64,000 nucleotides of DNA. Source: a virus. Location: the IMG/VR virus record IMGVR_UViG_2910705042_000001; one strand, 5' to 3'. Each line of letters begins with the position of its first letter. Positions within the stretch are counted from its first letter, which is position 1. Both the position numbers and the translations under genes were made by a program. Positions 10,267-20,699 of this stretch are shown piece by piece. The notes below the pieces were generated by a model. The model did not search any database. It saw only the letters and a list, made by a program, of their open reading frames with translations, and was not told the origin of the DNA.

Positions 10267-10779
10267 TTAGAACTCGTCAGGGTCCCAGTCGGTTTCGGGG
10301 TGGCGTTGGATGAGTTCGTCGCGCGTGCCCATGGCTGGGTCTTCGTCCATGATGTCGTCGTCGCGTACGACAACGATGGCTCCGATGCGGACGAGGGACT
10401 CCATGAAGATGGTGTTGTGTGCGTAGCTGGTGTGGATGACGTTGCCGGTGGGGATGTGGTCTGGCTCGTATAGGTCGTCCACGACGATGAGGGGAATGTC
10501 CGCTTCCCATTCTTTACCGGCCCACAAGGGTGCGTGACGGTCAGCGACCATGAGTGTTGCGTACTCGTCGTCGGACAGGTAGCTGTTTTTCTCATCGTCT
10601 GCGATGAGACCCCATTGGGCTTCTTCGACATAGGTGAAGAGGGCGCGGCGACGCAGGATGTCGTGTCCTTCGTAGTCGTCGTCGTGGATGAGGGACGCAT
10701 GGGTCATGAGGGGTGCGAGTTCCTCCCATCCATAGTTCGAGAATCCGGTACCGGATTCCGTGATGACGAAAGCTTTCAC
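10267..10779 (-). CDS. Acidic hypothetical protein, paralog of 63401-63877
   Basis: RBS AAGGAG plus GTG; shares RH..W.G.EW....PL.V..D.YE....PTGNVI..S......F.ES..R.G with the paralog. Confidence 0.75.
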   Translation of the reverse strand: MKAFVITESGTGFSNYGWEELAPLMTHASLIHDDDYEGHDILRRRALFTYVEEAQWGLIADDEKNSYLSDDEYATLMVADRHAPLWAGKEWEADIPLIVVDDLYEPDHIPTGNVIHTSYAHNTIFMESLVRIGAIVVVRDDDIMDEDPAMGTRDELIQRHPETDWDPDEF

Positions 10780-10904
10780 AAGCAGTCTCCTTTATACGAG
10801 GTGTCGGTCTGACGTTTGCAACATTACCGTTGCCCCCGGACACTTACGTGAGCTGTCCCGCACACAGAGGAAGTGACCACCTTCCTACCGATGCGAGGCT
10901 CCTC

Positions 10905-11732
10905 ATGAGTCAGACGACTCTTCTACTCCTTGCCATTCTTGGCGACATCCTCACAGGGATCGCCACTGTTGGCTCCATCCTGGTCTCGGCGGCAATCGTT
11001 CTCGCCATCTTCGCAGCCGCCATCTATGTCATCAAGGACTCCCTCTTCCCACGCGATGTCGACGATGACATGTGAAGCGGTAGCGATCATCCTCGCCCAT
11101 AGGCGAGTCGATGGGGTGAAGATACAACTCGAAGAGATCCCTACCCATGGTTTTCGTGTTGTCGTTTCAACACGAACCCACACCCATATGTGGGCGTTCG
11201 TCTCCCGCGAGCGAGCCACCCACGACTACAACAGGCGCGTGGCAAACATGGAGAGGTCGTTGTCGTGATGTGGCGCCGGGGTGCGAAAAAGCTGACACAC
11301 CTACCCGGATACGGAAGCGCTGACACACCCACATTCTCTGGAGTTGACCTGACCGACGCGCAAGCACGTGCCCTCACCGACGCCAGATACATCACCAGGG
11401 CACTCGCCCCGTGCCGGCGTGCGCGGAACTGGTCTCCCGCACACATCTTCCTTGTAGGACTCACCTGATACGAAAGAAGCACACCATGATCGCTTTCCTT
11501 GCCGGACTCATCATCGGCACCAATCTCGGTATTGTCATCCTCGCTGTCCTGAAGGCGGGTTCGAGCCATGACGAATGACGACAAGGACGCAACTGTCGCC
11601 AGAATCTTCGCACACTTCGACGAAGCAACGGGTGAATGTATCCGCCACAGGTGGGTGCCAACCGACGGCATCCTTGTGTGTCAGTTCTGCAAGGCCGAAC
11701 ACTCCGATTGGGACGTACGCACCGTATGGTGA
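10905..11732 (+). other. Cluster of five short, mostly overlapping ORFs (10905-11075, 11068-11268, 11268-11468, 11486-11578, 11568-11732)
   Basis: Hand-translated, with start/stop overlaps; two are single-TM peptides and one has CxxC. CCGCACAC lies upstream of 10905 and 11486. Confidence 0.5.
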
Positions 11733-11765
11733 GACACCCTCACTCATCGTGTGGGGGTGTCTCAT

Positions 11766-12902
11766 TCACTCGCGTGGGCTGAGGCGGGGACGCACGAGGA
11801 TGGTCTGCTTGGTGCCCTTGTACTCTTCATGATCTTTGACCGTGCCGGTCAGCGACACCTCATCATCAACTGAGACCTCCCACGCCCACGACGCACTCGT
11901 AAACATGGTGAGAACATCCCCGGACCCAACGTGAAGGGTGATGACGCGGCGACTCGTGTCGTAGAGTCCGGCAATCGTACCCACCCGAGCGACACGGCCG
12001 CGCACATGTACTGTCTGTCCAACCTCACCGATGTACTGGGAGTGGTAGGTGGGACCGGCAACGCGAGCACGGGGCGTTATAGATGCACCGGCAACTGCCA
12101 TGGCGATCTGACGGTAGCTGACGAACTCGGAGGAAAGAACAACCCGCAGGTTCGCAAGAAAACCTGTCGCCTCATCACTGATCTGGGCAACAATTGCGTC
12201 GATACGTGACTGGACGGCCGCTTCACTGCCATAGATAGGTGCCAGGGTCGCGTTGAGATCGTCAGCACCTTTCGACCACGACACGATTGTCATGACCGTG
12301 CCGAATGTGGAGTTTTCACTTTCGCGCGAGTGATACCCCCATGTGTCGGCGGCGGCGAACGCGATACGGGCAATGTCGACAACCCGGTAGGTGGTGGTGA
12401 GCCCTTGTCCGCGTGTGTCGAACGTGCGGGTGAACTCATCCTCAAAGAGGAGAACGGGGAATACGGTGCGACCGAGGAAGTCGTTCATACAGGTCTTACC
12501 AACCTGCATGAGGGTGCCGTCTTCACGGCGTAACAGGTAGGTGTGGGTGCGGCGTCGGTTCGTGTGGCAGTGTTCGCAGATGCCCGCCACAAGGGCGTCG
12601 TTGACGATGTCGCTCGTGTCCGCCCCGGGGACGGCCCGCACGACAACCGAGTCTCCGACAGTATCGACGGCTGCGACAAACGTGTAACCCCCATAGTGGG
12701 GAGCCTGCCCGGTGATCGTGACGTCGAAGCCCGCGATCGTGTAGGACTGGTCGCCAGCATTGGTCACCTCGCGGGTGGTGGGAACCGCCTCCACCCAGAC
12801 ACTGCCGGCATAGCCTTTGCGTGCGGCACGTTTCATGATGTCGTCAACCTTCTTGCGGGTGCGAGCCAGTTCGGTCTCCGTCAAGAAGTACGTCATCGCC
12901 AT
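11766..12902 (-). CDS. Phage/plasmid-type protein with Zn-ribbon (CEHC...QVGKTC) and C-terminal OB-fold-like domain
   Basis: CEHCHTNRRR...QVGKTCMNDFLG; C-terminal YIGEVG...LTGTVKDHEEYKGTKQT beta-barrel-like pattern. Confidence 0.6.
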   Translation of the reverse strand: MAMTYFLTETELARTRKKVDDIMKRAARKGYAGSVWVEAVPTTREVTNAGDQSYTIAGFDVTITGQAPHYGGYTFVAAVDTVGDSVVVRAVPGADTSDIVNDALVAGICEHCHTNRRRTHTYLLRREDGTLMQVGKTCMNDFLGRTVFPVLLFEDEFTRTFDTRGQGLTTTYRVVDIARIAFAAADTWGYHSRESENSTFGTVMTIVSWSKGADDLNATLAPIYGSEAAVQSRIDAIVAQISDEATGFLANLRVVLSSEFVSYRQIAMAVAGASITPRARVAGPTYHSQYIGEVGQTVHVRGRVARVGTIAGLYDTSRRVITLHVGSGDVLTMFTSASWAWEVSVDDEVSLTGTVKDHEEYKGTKQTILVRPRLSPRE

Positions 12903-13087
12903 GTCATCAACCTTTCGTTCGTGGTTGATGACTCAGTGTGCGGGCGTGTCTCACAGTGGAGTCTATGCGGTGGCAGTGGCGTGTGTTCGCGATCATGAGA
13001 CCATTGCCAAAACTGTCCGAAGAATGTTTACGATGAATGAACCGACCTGTGTAAGACTGAAGACGAACGTAGGTGAAGGAAGGAATC

Positions 13088-13465
13088 ATGGACGACCAGA
13101 TCGAACGGACGGCCCATGGCCGTTTCACTGGAGAGTTCGTTGTGCGTGGTGACATTGATGTCGTGCGACCCGCGTATGAGGAGTTCCGAAGCGCTCTTGC
13201 TCAAGAAGGGGTGAATGCCCACGACACAGGTGTCGAAGAGGCGTTGGCGTATTTCGAGCCGAACTTCTATGGCCCGGGGCAAAGCTCCATCGAAGCATCC
13301 ATCGAAGCCTATGGAGTCTCCATGTCCGATGTTGAAAAGAAGGCTAGAGACCTGATCGCACGTGTTGTGAAGAAACTCGGGATCACTCTTGTTGGCGATG
13401 ATGGGACGGGTCGCGACAACTCGCGCGACTATGAAGAGTTCGCAAGCTATCTCATCTCAGCGTGA
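13088..13465 (+). CDS. Hypothetical protein
   Basis: RBS GAAGGAA before ATG 13088; 125 aa. Confidence 0.6.
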   Translation: MDDQIERTAHGRFTGEFVVRGDIDVVRPAYEEFRSALAQEGVNAHDTGVEEALAYFEPNFYGPGQSSIEASIEAYGVSMSDVEKKARDLIARVVKKLGITLVGDDGTGRDNSRDYEEFASYLISA

Positions 13466-13483
13466 GATTCTGCCGTACGGCTG

Positions 13484-14353
13484 ATGAAGACTAAGGATCG
13501 TTCCCGATCGGACAAGGTGCGTGACCGCAATCGCCGCGTGGTCTCGTTCGTCAATCACGTGAGTGACCGTGTGTGGTCATTCTTGGCGCTTGCGGCAACG
13601 CTCATCTTGACGGTTGTGCCACTCGTTATCGAGAGCGCACCCAAACTACTCTTCATGGTTGTTGGCGTCATCGCCCTTGGTAGTGGATTGCTCGCTGCCA
13701 AACAGGAGCGGTCGACAAACGAGTTGGTGGAAGAGAATACCGAGCTCTGCAAAGAGATGGAGTTCGGGCGGCAGGTAATTGGTGAAACAATTGAGATTCT
13801 CTTAGAGAACATATGCCGAGAGGCTGATTCGTGGAACTCTAATTGCCGGGCCACAGTCTATGTACATAAGAACTCGCTTGGCGAGCATCCGATCAGCGCC
13901 AGTGGAAGCCTTGTTCCGGTCGCGCGCACATCTTTCAACCCGAACCTGAAAAGGAAGGGCAGGGCTGAGTATCCCGACAATGTGGGTTTTGTGGGTGCAA
14001 CCTGGGAACAGGGCTTTACATCAGCAAGCTTCGAAAGTACGAACGAACTATTGCTCGTCAAGTTGTACACCAAGCGGGTGAGAAAATGGCCATCCCACAT
14101 CAAACCTCTCGATGAGGCAACCGCCAGCGCTTTGACAATGAAATCCAGCAAGCTCATCGGAATCAGGATCGACGCACACCATAGAGCAAACATCGGTGTT
14201 GTCATGTTTGAGAGCTTGTCCAAAGACGATTTTCAGCAAGTGGACGAAAACACGCTCCGGGATAGTAAGGAAATCCACGTCCTCCAGAAACTCTTGGATG
14301 GCTATCGGCCATACCTAGACCACGTCAGCGAAGGGCATGAACCGATCACCTGA
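13484..14353 (+). CDS. 2-TM protein with a putative GAF-like cytoplasmic domain
   Basis: Two N-terminal TMs and a coiled coil, then RATVYVH...ARTSFNP...YPDNVGFVGATW...IGVVMFES; lower GC. Confidence 0.5.
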   Translation: MKTKDRSRSDKVRDRNRRVVSFVNHVSDRVWSFLALAATLILTVVPLVIESAPKLLFMVVGVIALGSGLLAAKQERSTNELVEENTELCKEMEFGRQVIGETIEILLENICREADSWNSNCRATVYVHKNSLGEHPISASGSLVPVARTSFNPNLKRKGRAEYPDNVGFVGATWEQGFTSASFESTNELLLVKLYTKRVRKWPSHIKPLDEATASALTMKSSKLIGIRIDAHHRANIGVVMFESLSKDDFQQVDENTLRDSKEIHVLQKLLDGYRPYLDHVSEGHEPIT

Positions 14354-14379
14354 CGGGATGCTGGTGGGTGTCGGGGGGC

Positions 14380-15243
14380 TTATATGGCCAAGTCCAACGG
14401 CAAGTCAGCAATGTCTTTGAGACGATTACCCGAAACAAGAGTGTCGAGCATGGATGAGGCTTCATCGTTGCCCAGCTTCTCCACGCCACGTTGAAGCTCC
14501 GGCAACGCGAAATGGTAGACAGCGTCGATGTCGCCCGTCCCCAAAGCGAGCGAAGCTAGGCGAGACGGTGAGGGCTCAGCCGTGACAACGCAGATGTGCG
14601 GCGTGCGGCCCTTCCGATTGCGGATGAGACTGAGAGCTTCCGATCGTGCATTTTGTGCGCGGTCGGAGCGTAAGGTCCACTTGCACGAGACAACGGCATG
14701 GACGATGTTCTCGGGATGATAGTCCGCGCGGATGCTGGCACCAGTCCCAGCCTTGTCGTCGACGAGGAACTCGTCACGGTTGATGACACTGTCGGGCTCA
14801 GGGGCTCGCACAACAACAACATCGGGGCTGATCGAATACGAGTTACCCAAGACGGTTGAGAGCGTGGGATCCTTCTTGACCGCGTCAGCCAGACTGTCCA
14901 AATGGAGGTAGGGGGAATACTTGGCAAGCTGATACTCCGAGCGCGACGACCCGAAGTTTGTCACCGTCCATGCGCCGGGCCGGATAGCTTGCAGGTGGGG
15001 AAAGACTGCTGTAACAAAACCAGCAACCGCATCCTCAAACAATTTGCCGGCGTGCTGTCCATCGTGTTTGACCGCAACTTGACTGGCACCGAGTTCCTCA
15101 GCGATACAGGCCGCAATCATCCGTGATGAACGCTGAGACCGATCCGCATTCGACGCAACACCCTTAGCATCAAGCGAGAGCGTGTGATCGGTGACGAGAC
15201 GTGTGTGGAAGGCCGCGCGTTCTTGAGAGAGCCAGGCGGTCAT
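14380..15243 (-). CDS. Type II restriction endonuclease, NgoMIV family
   Basis: ISPDVVV...SCKWTLRSDRAQNARSEAL..IRNRKG...VTAEP.PSRLASLALGTGDID is the NgoMIV-family signature; coupled to a C5 methyltransferase. Confidence 0.9.
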   Translation of the reverse strand: MTAWLSQERAAFHTRLVTDHTLSLDAKGVASNADRSQRSSRMIAACIAEELGASQVAVKHDGQHAGKLFEDAVAGFVTAVFPHLQAIRPGAWTVTNFGSSRSEYQLAKYSPYLHLDSLADAVKKDPTLSTVLGNSYSISPDVVVVRAPEPDSVINRDEFLVDDKAGTGASIRADYHPENIVHAVVSCKWTLRSDRAQNARSEALSLIRNRKGRTPHICVVTAEPSPSRLASLALGTGDIDAVYHFALPELQRGVEKLGNDEASSMLDTLVSGNRLKDIADLPLDLAI

Positions 15244-16193
15244 GCGCACCGACGATTCTCGCTCGCCGCGACCGACAATGCCGCGTTGATAGCCGTTCCC
15301 ACCGCACAGGCAACAGGGGGAGGAAAAGCATTACCCACTTGCCGGTAGGCGTTTGTTTTGGCTCCAGTGAAGACCCAATCGGCAGGGAATCCTTGAATGC
15401 GGGCTGCCATCTCAACGGTCAGACGCGGCATCCCGACAAAGTCGCGTTCGGGTGCTTCCTGGGCGATTGTCTTGCCATCAACACCCAGTGCCGCCCACGC
15501 ACGCTTGGCACGCGTTGGACCAAGGTCAGGCCCACCATGTTTCTTCGAACCACCAACAAGAGTAGGAGCGATCGAATCGGCTTGCTCAGCCCACTTTCGT
15601 GCACCCCTCCACCCGTTGGCACCCATGAGCGCACCCAAAGTCTGTCCAACAGTCGGGGCAGGTTCCACCGACGCAGTGGGCCACACGAACGGTGCTTGGT
15701 CATTGCGCATCGCCACAAAGACGACACGGGGACGAAGCTGGGGGACACCGAAGTCACTCGCATTCAACAAACGCCACTGTGGGGAGTAACCGAGCTCGCG
15801 AAGTTGATTCTCCACATCCCTGCGGTACGTCTCGAAAGCAATGTCCAACAATCCACGAACGTTCTCCAACATGACCGCGCGCGGACGAATAACCCCGACA
15901 ATCTCGATGGCCCGAGGAAACAAATCGCGCTCATCGTCTCCGCCCAACTGGAGACCCGCCTTCGAAAACGGCGGGCACGGAACTCCACCAGCCAAAAGGT
16001 CAACACCCACGAAAGGCGTCGGATCCCACGTATGCAAATCCTCCTCGACAACATTCCATCCGGGACGGTTCGTCCGAAGAGTCGTGCACGCATGATGGTC
16101 ATTCTCGACAAGAGCCACATGCTCAAAGCCCGCCATCTCAAGACCCAAGGCTTGTCCACCACCACCAGAACAAATCTCCACCGAAGTCATCAT
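15240..16193 (-). CDS. DNA (cytosine-5) methyltransferase, probable cognate of the NgoMIV-like enzyme
   Basis: EICSGGGG, GGVPCPPFS, ENVRG, QLRPR, YRQVGNAF motifs. Confidence 0.9.
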   Translation of the reverse strand: MMTSVEICSGGGGQALGLEMAGFEHVALVENDHHACTTLRTNRPGWNVVEEDLHTWDPTPFVGVDLLAGGVPCPPFSKAGLQLGGDDERDLFPRAIEIVGVIRPRAVMLENVRGLLDIAFETYRRDVENQLRELGYSPQWRLLNASDFGVPQLRPRVVFVAMRNDQAPFVWPTASVEPAPTVGQTLGALMGANGWRGARKWAEQADSIAPTLVGGSKKHGGPDLGPTRAKRAWAALGVDGKTIAQEAPERDFVGMPRLTVEMAARIQGFPADWVFTGAKTNAYRQVGNAFPPPVACAVGTAINAALSVAASENRRCA

Positions 16194-16211
16194 GGGCTTA
16201 ACAATACCCAG

Positions 16212-17270
16212 TCACCAGGTCACATTTTCCCGAGACACGAGGTCCAGGCGTGGCAGATAGGGAACCATACTTTGAGCAATCAACCGCACAGCAGGAACAA
16301 CCACACTGTTACCAAACTGACGGTACGCCTGCGTATCCGACACCGGAATGACAAACGAGTCCTCAAAACCCATGAGCCGAGCACATTCACGCGGAGTGAG
16401 CCGACGAGGATTCTTCCCACCCTGCCCCACAAGAATCTCCGACCCATCCTTGTAATAGCGAGCCGACAACGTACGAGCCACATCCTCCGGACCAACCAAC
16501 CCAAACCCAAACCCATTACCGGCAGCCCTGTGCTTAGCAGCATGATTCTGCAACCACGCCCACAACCGATCCGACAGGGTGTACGTGTCACTCACCCTCG
16601 CCTGCGCACCCTGCGTATACGGATACTCGACACCCTCAGAACCATCCTGCGGATGCAAAACACTCGCCAACACCGAACGCTCAGACGGCAACACAAGAGA
16701 GTTCACATCGAAACCTGTCTCCTCCCGGAACCCCACAATGTAAATGCGCTCGCGGTGTTGGGGGACGAAGAGTCCGCCGTCGATAACCCGGTAGGAGATG
16801 TGGTAGCCGAGTTCTTCTGTCAGGGTGCGCAGGATGATTCTGAAAGTGCGTCCGTGGTCGTGAGAGACGAGATTCTTCACGTTCTCGAGAAAGAATGCCA
16901 TGGGTCGTTTCGCGTCGATGATGCGTGCCACCTCGAAGAAGAGTGTCCCTTGAGTTTCATCCCGAAACCCGGTGGGCCTACCCAGTGAGTTTTTTGTGGA
17001 GACACCAGCGGTGGAGAAGGGTTGGCATGGGAAGCCTGCTAACAACACGTCGTGGTCGGGGATACTCTCGGCTTCGACCTGCGTGATGTCACCGGCAATG
17101 GGAGCATCCTGGCCAAAGTTGGCCACATACGTCTGGACGGAGTACTTGTTCCATTCGCTGGTGAACACGCATGTTCCACCAGCATCCTGGAATCCTCGCC
17201 GGATTCCGCCGATACCAGCGAACAAGTCGATGAAGGTGAATGTGTCCTGACTATGCGGCACGTGTGTCAC
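16212..17270 (-). CDS. DNA (cytosine-5) methyltransferase, Dcm/M.EcoRII-like
   Basis: [29 protein letters not shown]...[27 protein letters not shown]. Confidence 0.88.
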   Translation of the reverse strand: MTHVPHSQDTFTFIDLFAGIGGIRRGFQDAGGTCVFTSEWNKYSVQTYVANFGQDAPIAGDITQVEAESIPDHDVLLAGFPCQPFSTAGVSTKNSLGRPTGFRDETQGTLFFEVARIIDAKRPMAFFLENVKNLVSHDHGRTFRIILRTLTEELGYHISYRVIDGGLFVPQHRERIYIVGFREETGFDVNSLVLPSERSVLASVLHPQDGSEGVEYPYTQGAQARVSDTYTLSDRLWAWLQNHAAKHRAAGNGFGFGLVGPEDVARTLSARYYKDGSEILVGQGGKNPRRLTPRECARLMGFEDSFVIPVSDTQAYRQFGNSVVVPAVRLIAQSMVPYLPRLDLVSRENVTW

Positions 17271-17383
17271 CTTCCATGTGTCGGTGGTTGTTGAATGCCA
17301 AAATCCTGCGCGAGTCCGATAGTGCTTTCTTCATCAGGACCCCGGCACGTCATGTGCATTAAGTGGCACGGTCTTTTCCTGCA

Positions 17384-17860
17384 TTACTCGTTCGCGTCCT
17401 TGATGAAGACGAGCCACAAGGTGCGGGCCTGCTTGCCCGATCGGGTCCCATACAGGGGTCGGTGGGGTGTCAATGCTAAAACATCCCTCACTGGGATCGC
17501 ATACTCGTTCCATTTGAAGACGAGAGTCCCGCACGGCTTCACGACACGGAAACACTCAGAAAAACCGGCTTTCAGATCATCGCGCCAGGTTCGACCTAGG
17601 ACACCGTACTTTGCGGCCATCGTGGAACGTGCTCCCAGATTGGTGAGGTGAGGCGGGTCGAACACGACGTGATAGAACGACTCATCCTCGAAAGGTAGAT
17701 GGCGAAAATCCATGACCATGTCAGGATGGACAGACAAGACTCGCCCGTCATCAATGCGTACCTGTTCGTCGCGGATGTCGCCGAAGATAGCCCGATCATC
17801 GGACTTATCGAACCACATCATGCGGCTGCCGCAACATGGGTCGAGGACTGGAGGATTCAT
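17384..17860 (-). CDS. Phage-type SAM-dependent (probable amino-DNA) methyltransferase
   Basis: VLDPCCGSRMMWFDK, VVFDPPHL, FKWNE. Confidence 0.8.
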   Translation of the reverse strand: MNPPVLDPCCGSRMMWFDKSDDRAIFGDIRDEQVRIDDGRVLSVHPDMVMDFRHLPFEDESFYHVVFDPPHLTNLGARSTMAAKYGVLGRTWRDDLKAGFSECFRVVKPCGTLVFKWNEYAIPVRDVLALTPHRPLYGTRSGKQARTLWLVFIKDANE

Positions 17861-18126
17861 ACGTACTGATCGTGCAGTTCGAGGAACTGAAGGAAGGCCC
17901 GTGAGTCTTCCTCGATCCCCTTGAGTGCCGCGTCACGGGCACGCCGCCGGTCAAGCTCCTGACGCATAAGATCGGAGTCTCGGGTGATGAGTCCGATCTG
18001 TTCCCGGTCTAGCTTGCGATCATGGCGCAGTTGGGCGTTCTCGGCTTCGAGTTGCTCATAGGTGGGCTTGGTGGGGGAGGCGTGTTTGGCGCTCATGGGG
18101 GAGGCTTCCTCGTAAGAGTGTGACAT
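17857..18126 (-). CDS. Small coiled-coil hypothetical protein
   Basis: TYEQLEAENAQLRHD; CCGCACAC 13 nt upstream; stop overlaps the next start. Confidence 0.55.
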   Translation of the reverse strand: MSHSYEEASPMSAKHASPTKPTYEQLEAENAQLRHDRKLDREQIGLITRDSDLMRQELDRRRARDAALKGIEEDSRAFLQFLELHDQYV

Positions 18127-18210
18127 GGACGTCCAGATAGTGTGCGGGCGAGCAAAGGCTCGTATGCGGGCAGGTGGCTACAGGTCTTGCCACCATTCGG
18201 TGCTGCGGGC

Positions 18211-18420
18211 CTACCGGCTGCTCGTGGTGGGCTGGTAGATGGTATGGAAACACTCGGGACACGTCACGTCATGGAGGGTCCCCAAAAAGCGGGTGACGTC
18301 CTTTCGGTTTGGTTGGAGAACATAGCCGCCGCACACGGCTTCGAGAGCGTTCTTCCGAACGGTTTTCGCGTCGACGACATGGACTTTCCCATCGCCTCGG
18401 GTGTCGATGAACAGCTTCAT
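18211..18420 (-). CDS. Small Cys/His phage-like protein
   Basis: RBS AAGGAG; H...C...CPEC. Confidence 0.55.
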   Translation of the reverse strand: MKLFIDTRGDGKVHVVDAKTVRKNALEAVCGGYVLQPNRKDVTRFLGTLHDVTCPECFHTIYQPTTSSR

Positions 18421-18675
18421 AGATTGGTGGACTCCTTAGTACGTGTCATGGACACCTCCACAGTGTGCGGGCAGACATCTCGCGAACACCGACCGGGTAT
18501 ACCCCGCCGACACCACCTCCACCACGCCTCACGCTGGACCCATGAGAATCATGAGAATCTGGGCTGTCCTGACGAGGGCACTCGTCAGAGTTTTGGATGC
18601 ACACCTGAGTGAGGACGTGGCGAGCGCTTGGTATGAGGCCGCATGGAGCGTCGATGACTGGAAGTCCAACCGTGA

Positions 18676-19788
18676 CTAGGCAAGACCTAGGGAGGACCTC
18701 ACCGCCTGAGCGAGAGCGAACCCAAGGAGCGGGGGAACCGCATTACCGATCTGGCGGAACTGAGCCGAGACCGGACCACACCAGTGCATGTCGGGTGGGA
18801 AGGTTTGTATCGCAGCCGCCTCCTGGACGGTCAGCCGACGCAGAAAGCCCGGAACCATCTGGTCCACACCATCGGCACCCATCTTCATGAGACGAGCATG
18901 ATAGTCCTCCACCCACGACCCGGTCGCGGATTCATCAAGCCAGCGCTGGTCAATGATGGGGGTCCGATTCCCACCCATGGATGCGGGTAACGTCGGCGAC
19001 GGAGCACCGAGGTCCAACGGACGTCCAGCTCCATTGAACAACATCCCGGCATACGCCGAACGGCGCACAACAGGATGTCGGGCCACCGTGATTCGTGCCC
19101 GACACAAGGAATCATTGCCCGGTTCCGTATAGTGGGGAAGACTCGACAATGCCTCCCGAACTGTGACAGGAGCACCAGCCGTCGTTGGAATCGGCACTCG
19201 AGGCTCACCGATGTCCCTTCGCACCCCCAGCAAGAACATCCGTTCACGATTCTGGGGAACACCGAAATCGGACGCATTCACAAGAACACGACGGGCCGAG
19301 TATCCGAGCCCATTCGCTCGAGACATGAGGCTCTCGCGAACGTGACTCCACTTTGCGTTAGTGTGGAGTGCTTTAACATTCTCCATGACGAAGGCACGCG
19401 GGCGGACACGCTCAACCATGTCCATGAAATGGAAGACGTGGGTGGAGCGGTGATCGTTGGGATCCATCTTTCCGGCGATGGAGAACCCCTGGCAGGGTGG
19501 CCCACCTATGACAAGGTCGGCCGAACCTTGCTGGGGAAGGTCGACGGCGGGAATGGTGAGGAGATCGCCCGCGAAAGATGTGCACGAGAAAGGCCCTAGA
19601 CGAGCCAATGCTGCTTCATGAGTGGCCAGCGCGACAGGATTGAGCTCGTTGACCCACACTGGGGCAAAACCTGCACGGGCAAATCCGATGTCGAGTCCGC
19701 CAGCCCCCGCGTACAGAGAGACAAAGGTTCCAATCGGATCCGTGGCGCCGTCTGTACCACTTCCCTTCATTAGAGCTTCGTGATGCAT
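18676..19788 (-). CDS. Orphan DNA (cytosine-5) methyltransferase
   Basis: SLYAGAGG, GGPPCQGFS, ENVKAL, PQNRER, FRQIGNAV. Confidence 0.9.
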   Translation of the reverse strand: MHHEALMKGSGTDGATDPIGTFVSLYAGAGGLDIGFARAGFAPVWVNELNPVALATHEAALARLGPFSCTSFAGDLLTIPAVDLPQQGSADLVIGGPPCQGFSIAGKMDPNDHRSTHVFHFMDMVERVRPRAFVMENVKALHTNAKWSHVRESLMSRANGLGYSARRVLVNASDFGVPQNRERMFLLGVRRDIGEPRVPIPTTAGAPVTVREALSSLPHYTEPGNDSLCRARITVARHPVVRRSAYAGMLFNGAGRPLDLGAPSPTLPASMGGNRTPIIDQRWLDESATGSWVEDYHARLMKMGADGVDQMVPGFLRRLTVQEAAAIQTFPPDMHWCGPVSAQFRQIGNAVPPLLGFALAQAVRSSLGLA

Positions 19789-20144
19789 ACGGCCGCGATG
19801 GAGGCGATGTGGTGTAGGTCGATGGACCCATCCCCGCAGTAGGAGACCCGGTCGGGTTCGTCAATGCGCACACACTTGTGCCCGTCACTGAGCCACCCAT
19901 ACGCGTTTTTGGCCTCGTTCGCGAGGATAGTGGGCAGATCGAGTTCGAGTTCACGGGCAATCTGGGAGCGGACGGCTCGTGCGATCTCTTCGTAGATGTG
20001 GGTGTGGTGTCCTGCCTGGTTGGCGAATGCCCGCCGACAGTCACATACTCGACACTCGCAAACATCCTGAGTGTTTTCCACATAGCCGGAACAAGTGGTC
20101 TTGATCGCCTGCGCGATGATGTCGATGCATGGATCGGTGGACAT
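19770..20144 (-). CDS. Phage-like hypothetical protein
   Basis: 124 aa ORF, Cys-rich N-terminus, RBS GAAGGA. Confidence 0.5.
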   Translation of the reverse strand: MSTDPCIDIIAQAIKTTCSGYVENTQDVCECRVCDCRRAFANQAGHHTHIYEEIARAVRSQIARELELDLPTILANEAKNAYGWLSDGHKCVRIDEPDRVSYCGDGSIDLHHIASIAAVCITKL

Positions 20145-20285
20145 GAGGTGTTTCCTTCACGGCGAGGCGTCTGTTGGACACTCGCTATGTGTGCGGGAAA
20201 GCCCACTGGGTGCGTCAGGAGCCCAGCGGAATCTCGATCTCACTCCACCGCTCGCAGATGTCATCGCACCGCTCGGCAACATCAC

Positions 20286-20459
20286 TCATACGAAAATGGG
20301 GGACTGGTCGATGGTTTCCGAGACGAACTGGTAGTACAACTGTCTGAGCGTGAGTTCGCAACCTATCTCGAAATACTGCTCGCAGATGCGGATGGCGTAC
20401 TCGATGACGGTGAGAATGTTGGGCTGGAACGTTTTGGACGCTCAGGAGATGCGAGGCAT
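20286..20459 (-). pseudogene. Remnant of a phage LTLRQLYYQ-type (Topo VI-A/TOPRIM-like) gene
   Basis: RBS plus MPRIS*ASKTFQPNILTVIEYAIRICEQYFEIGCELTLRQLYYQFVS; in-frame TGA at codon 6 and early truncation. Confidence 0.5.
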
Positions 20460-20699
20460 CCTTTCCCCTCCTTCAGTTCCCGAGCTGGGATGAAGGTCCG
20501 CACGCACACGTCCTCCAGATGGATGGGGAAGACCTTTTGGCGACGTCGGGGATAACACCCATCGGACTCGACATCCACCACAGCACCCTGAGAGAAGTGA
20601 CGGTGGGTGCGTGGGAGTACGGATACTGGGTGACAAGAACCTACAAGACCGGACTATTAGATCTCGCTCATCTTCTGGGGCGGTTGTAGCGAAGACGGC

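Noticed and set aside
13004-13034. SigA promoter TTGCCA...TACGAT before 13088
   Set aside because: The 19-nt spacer is suboptimal and there is no extended -10; too weak to call.
15201-16988. 595-aa plus-strand ORF
   Set aside because: Antisense shadow of two well-supported methyltransferase genes; H/R/T-rich composition with no motifs. The same applies to 30057-30953, 33170-33946, 42432-43235 and 57199-58125.
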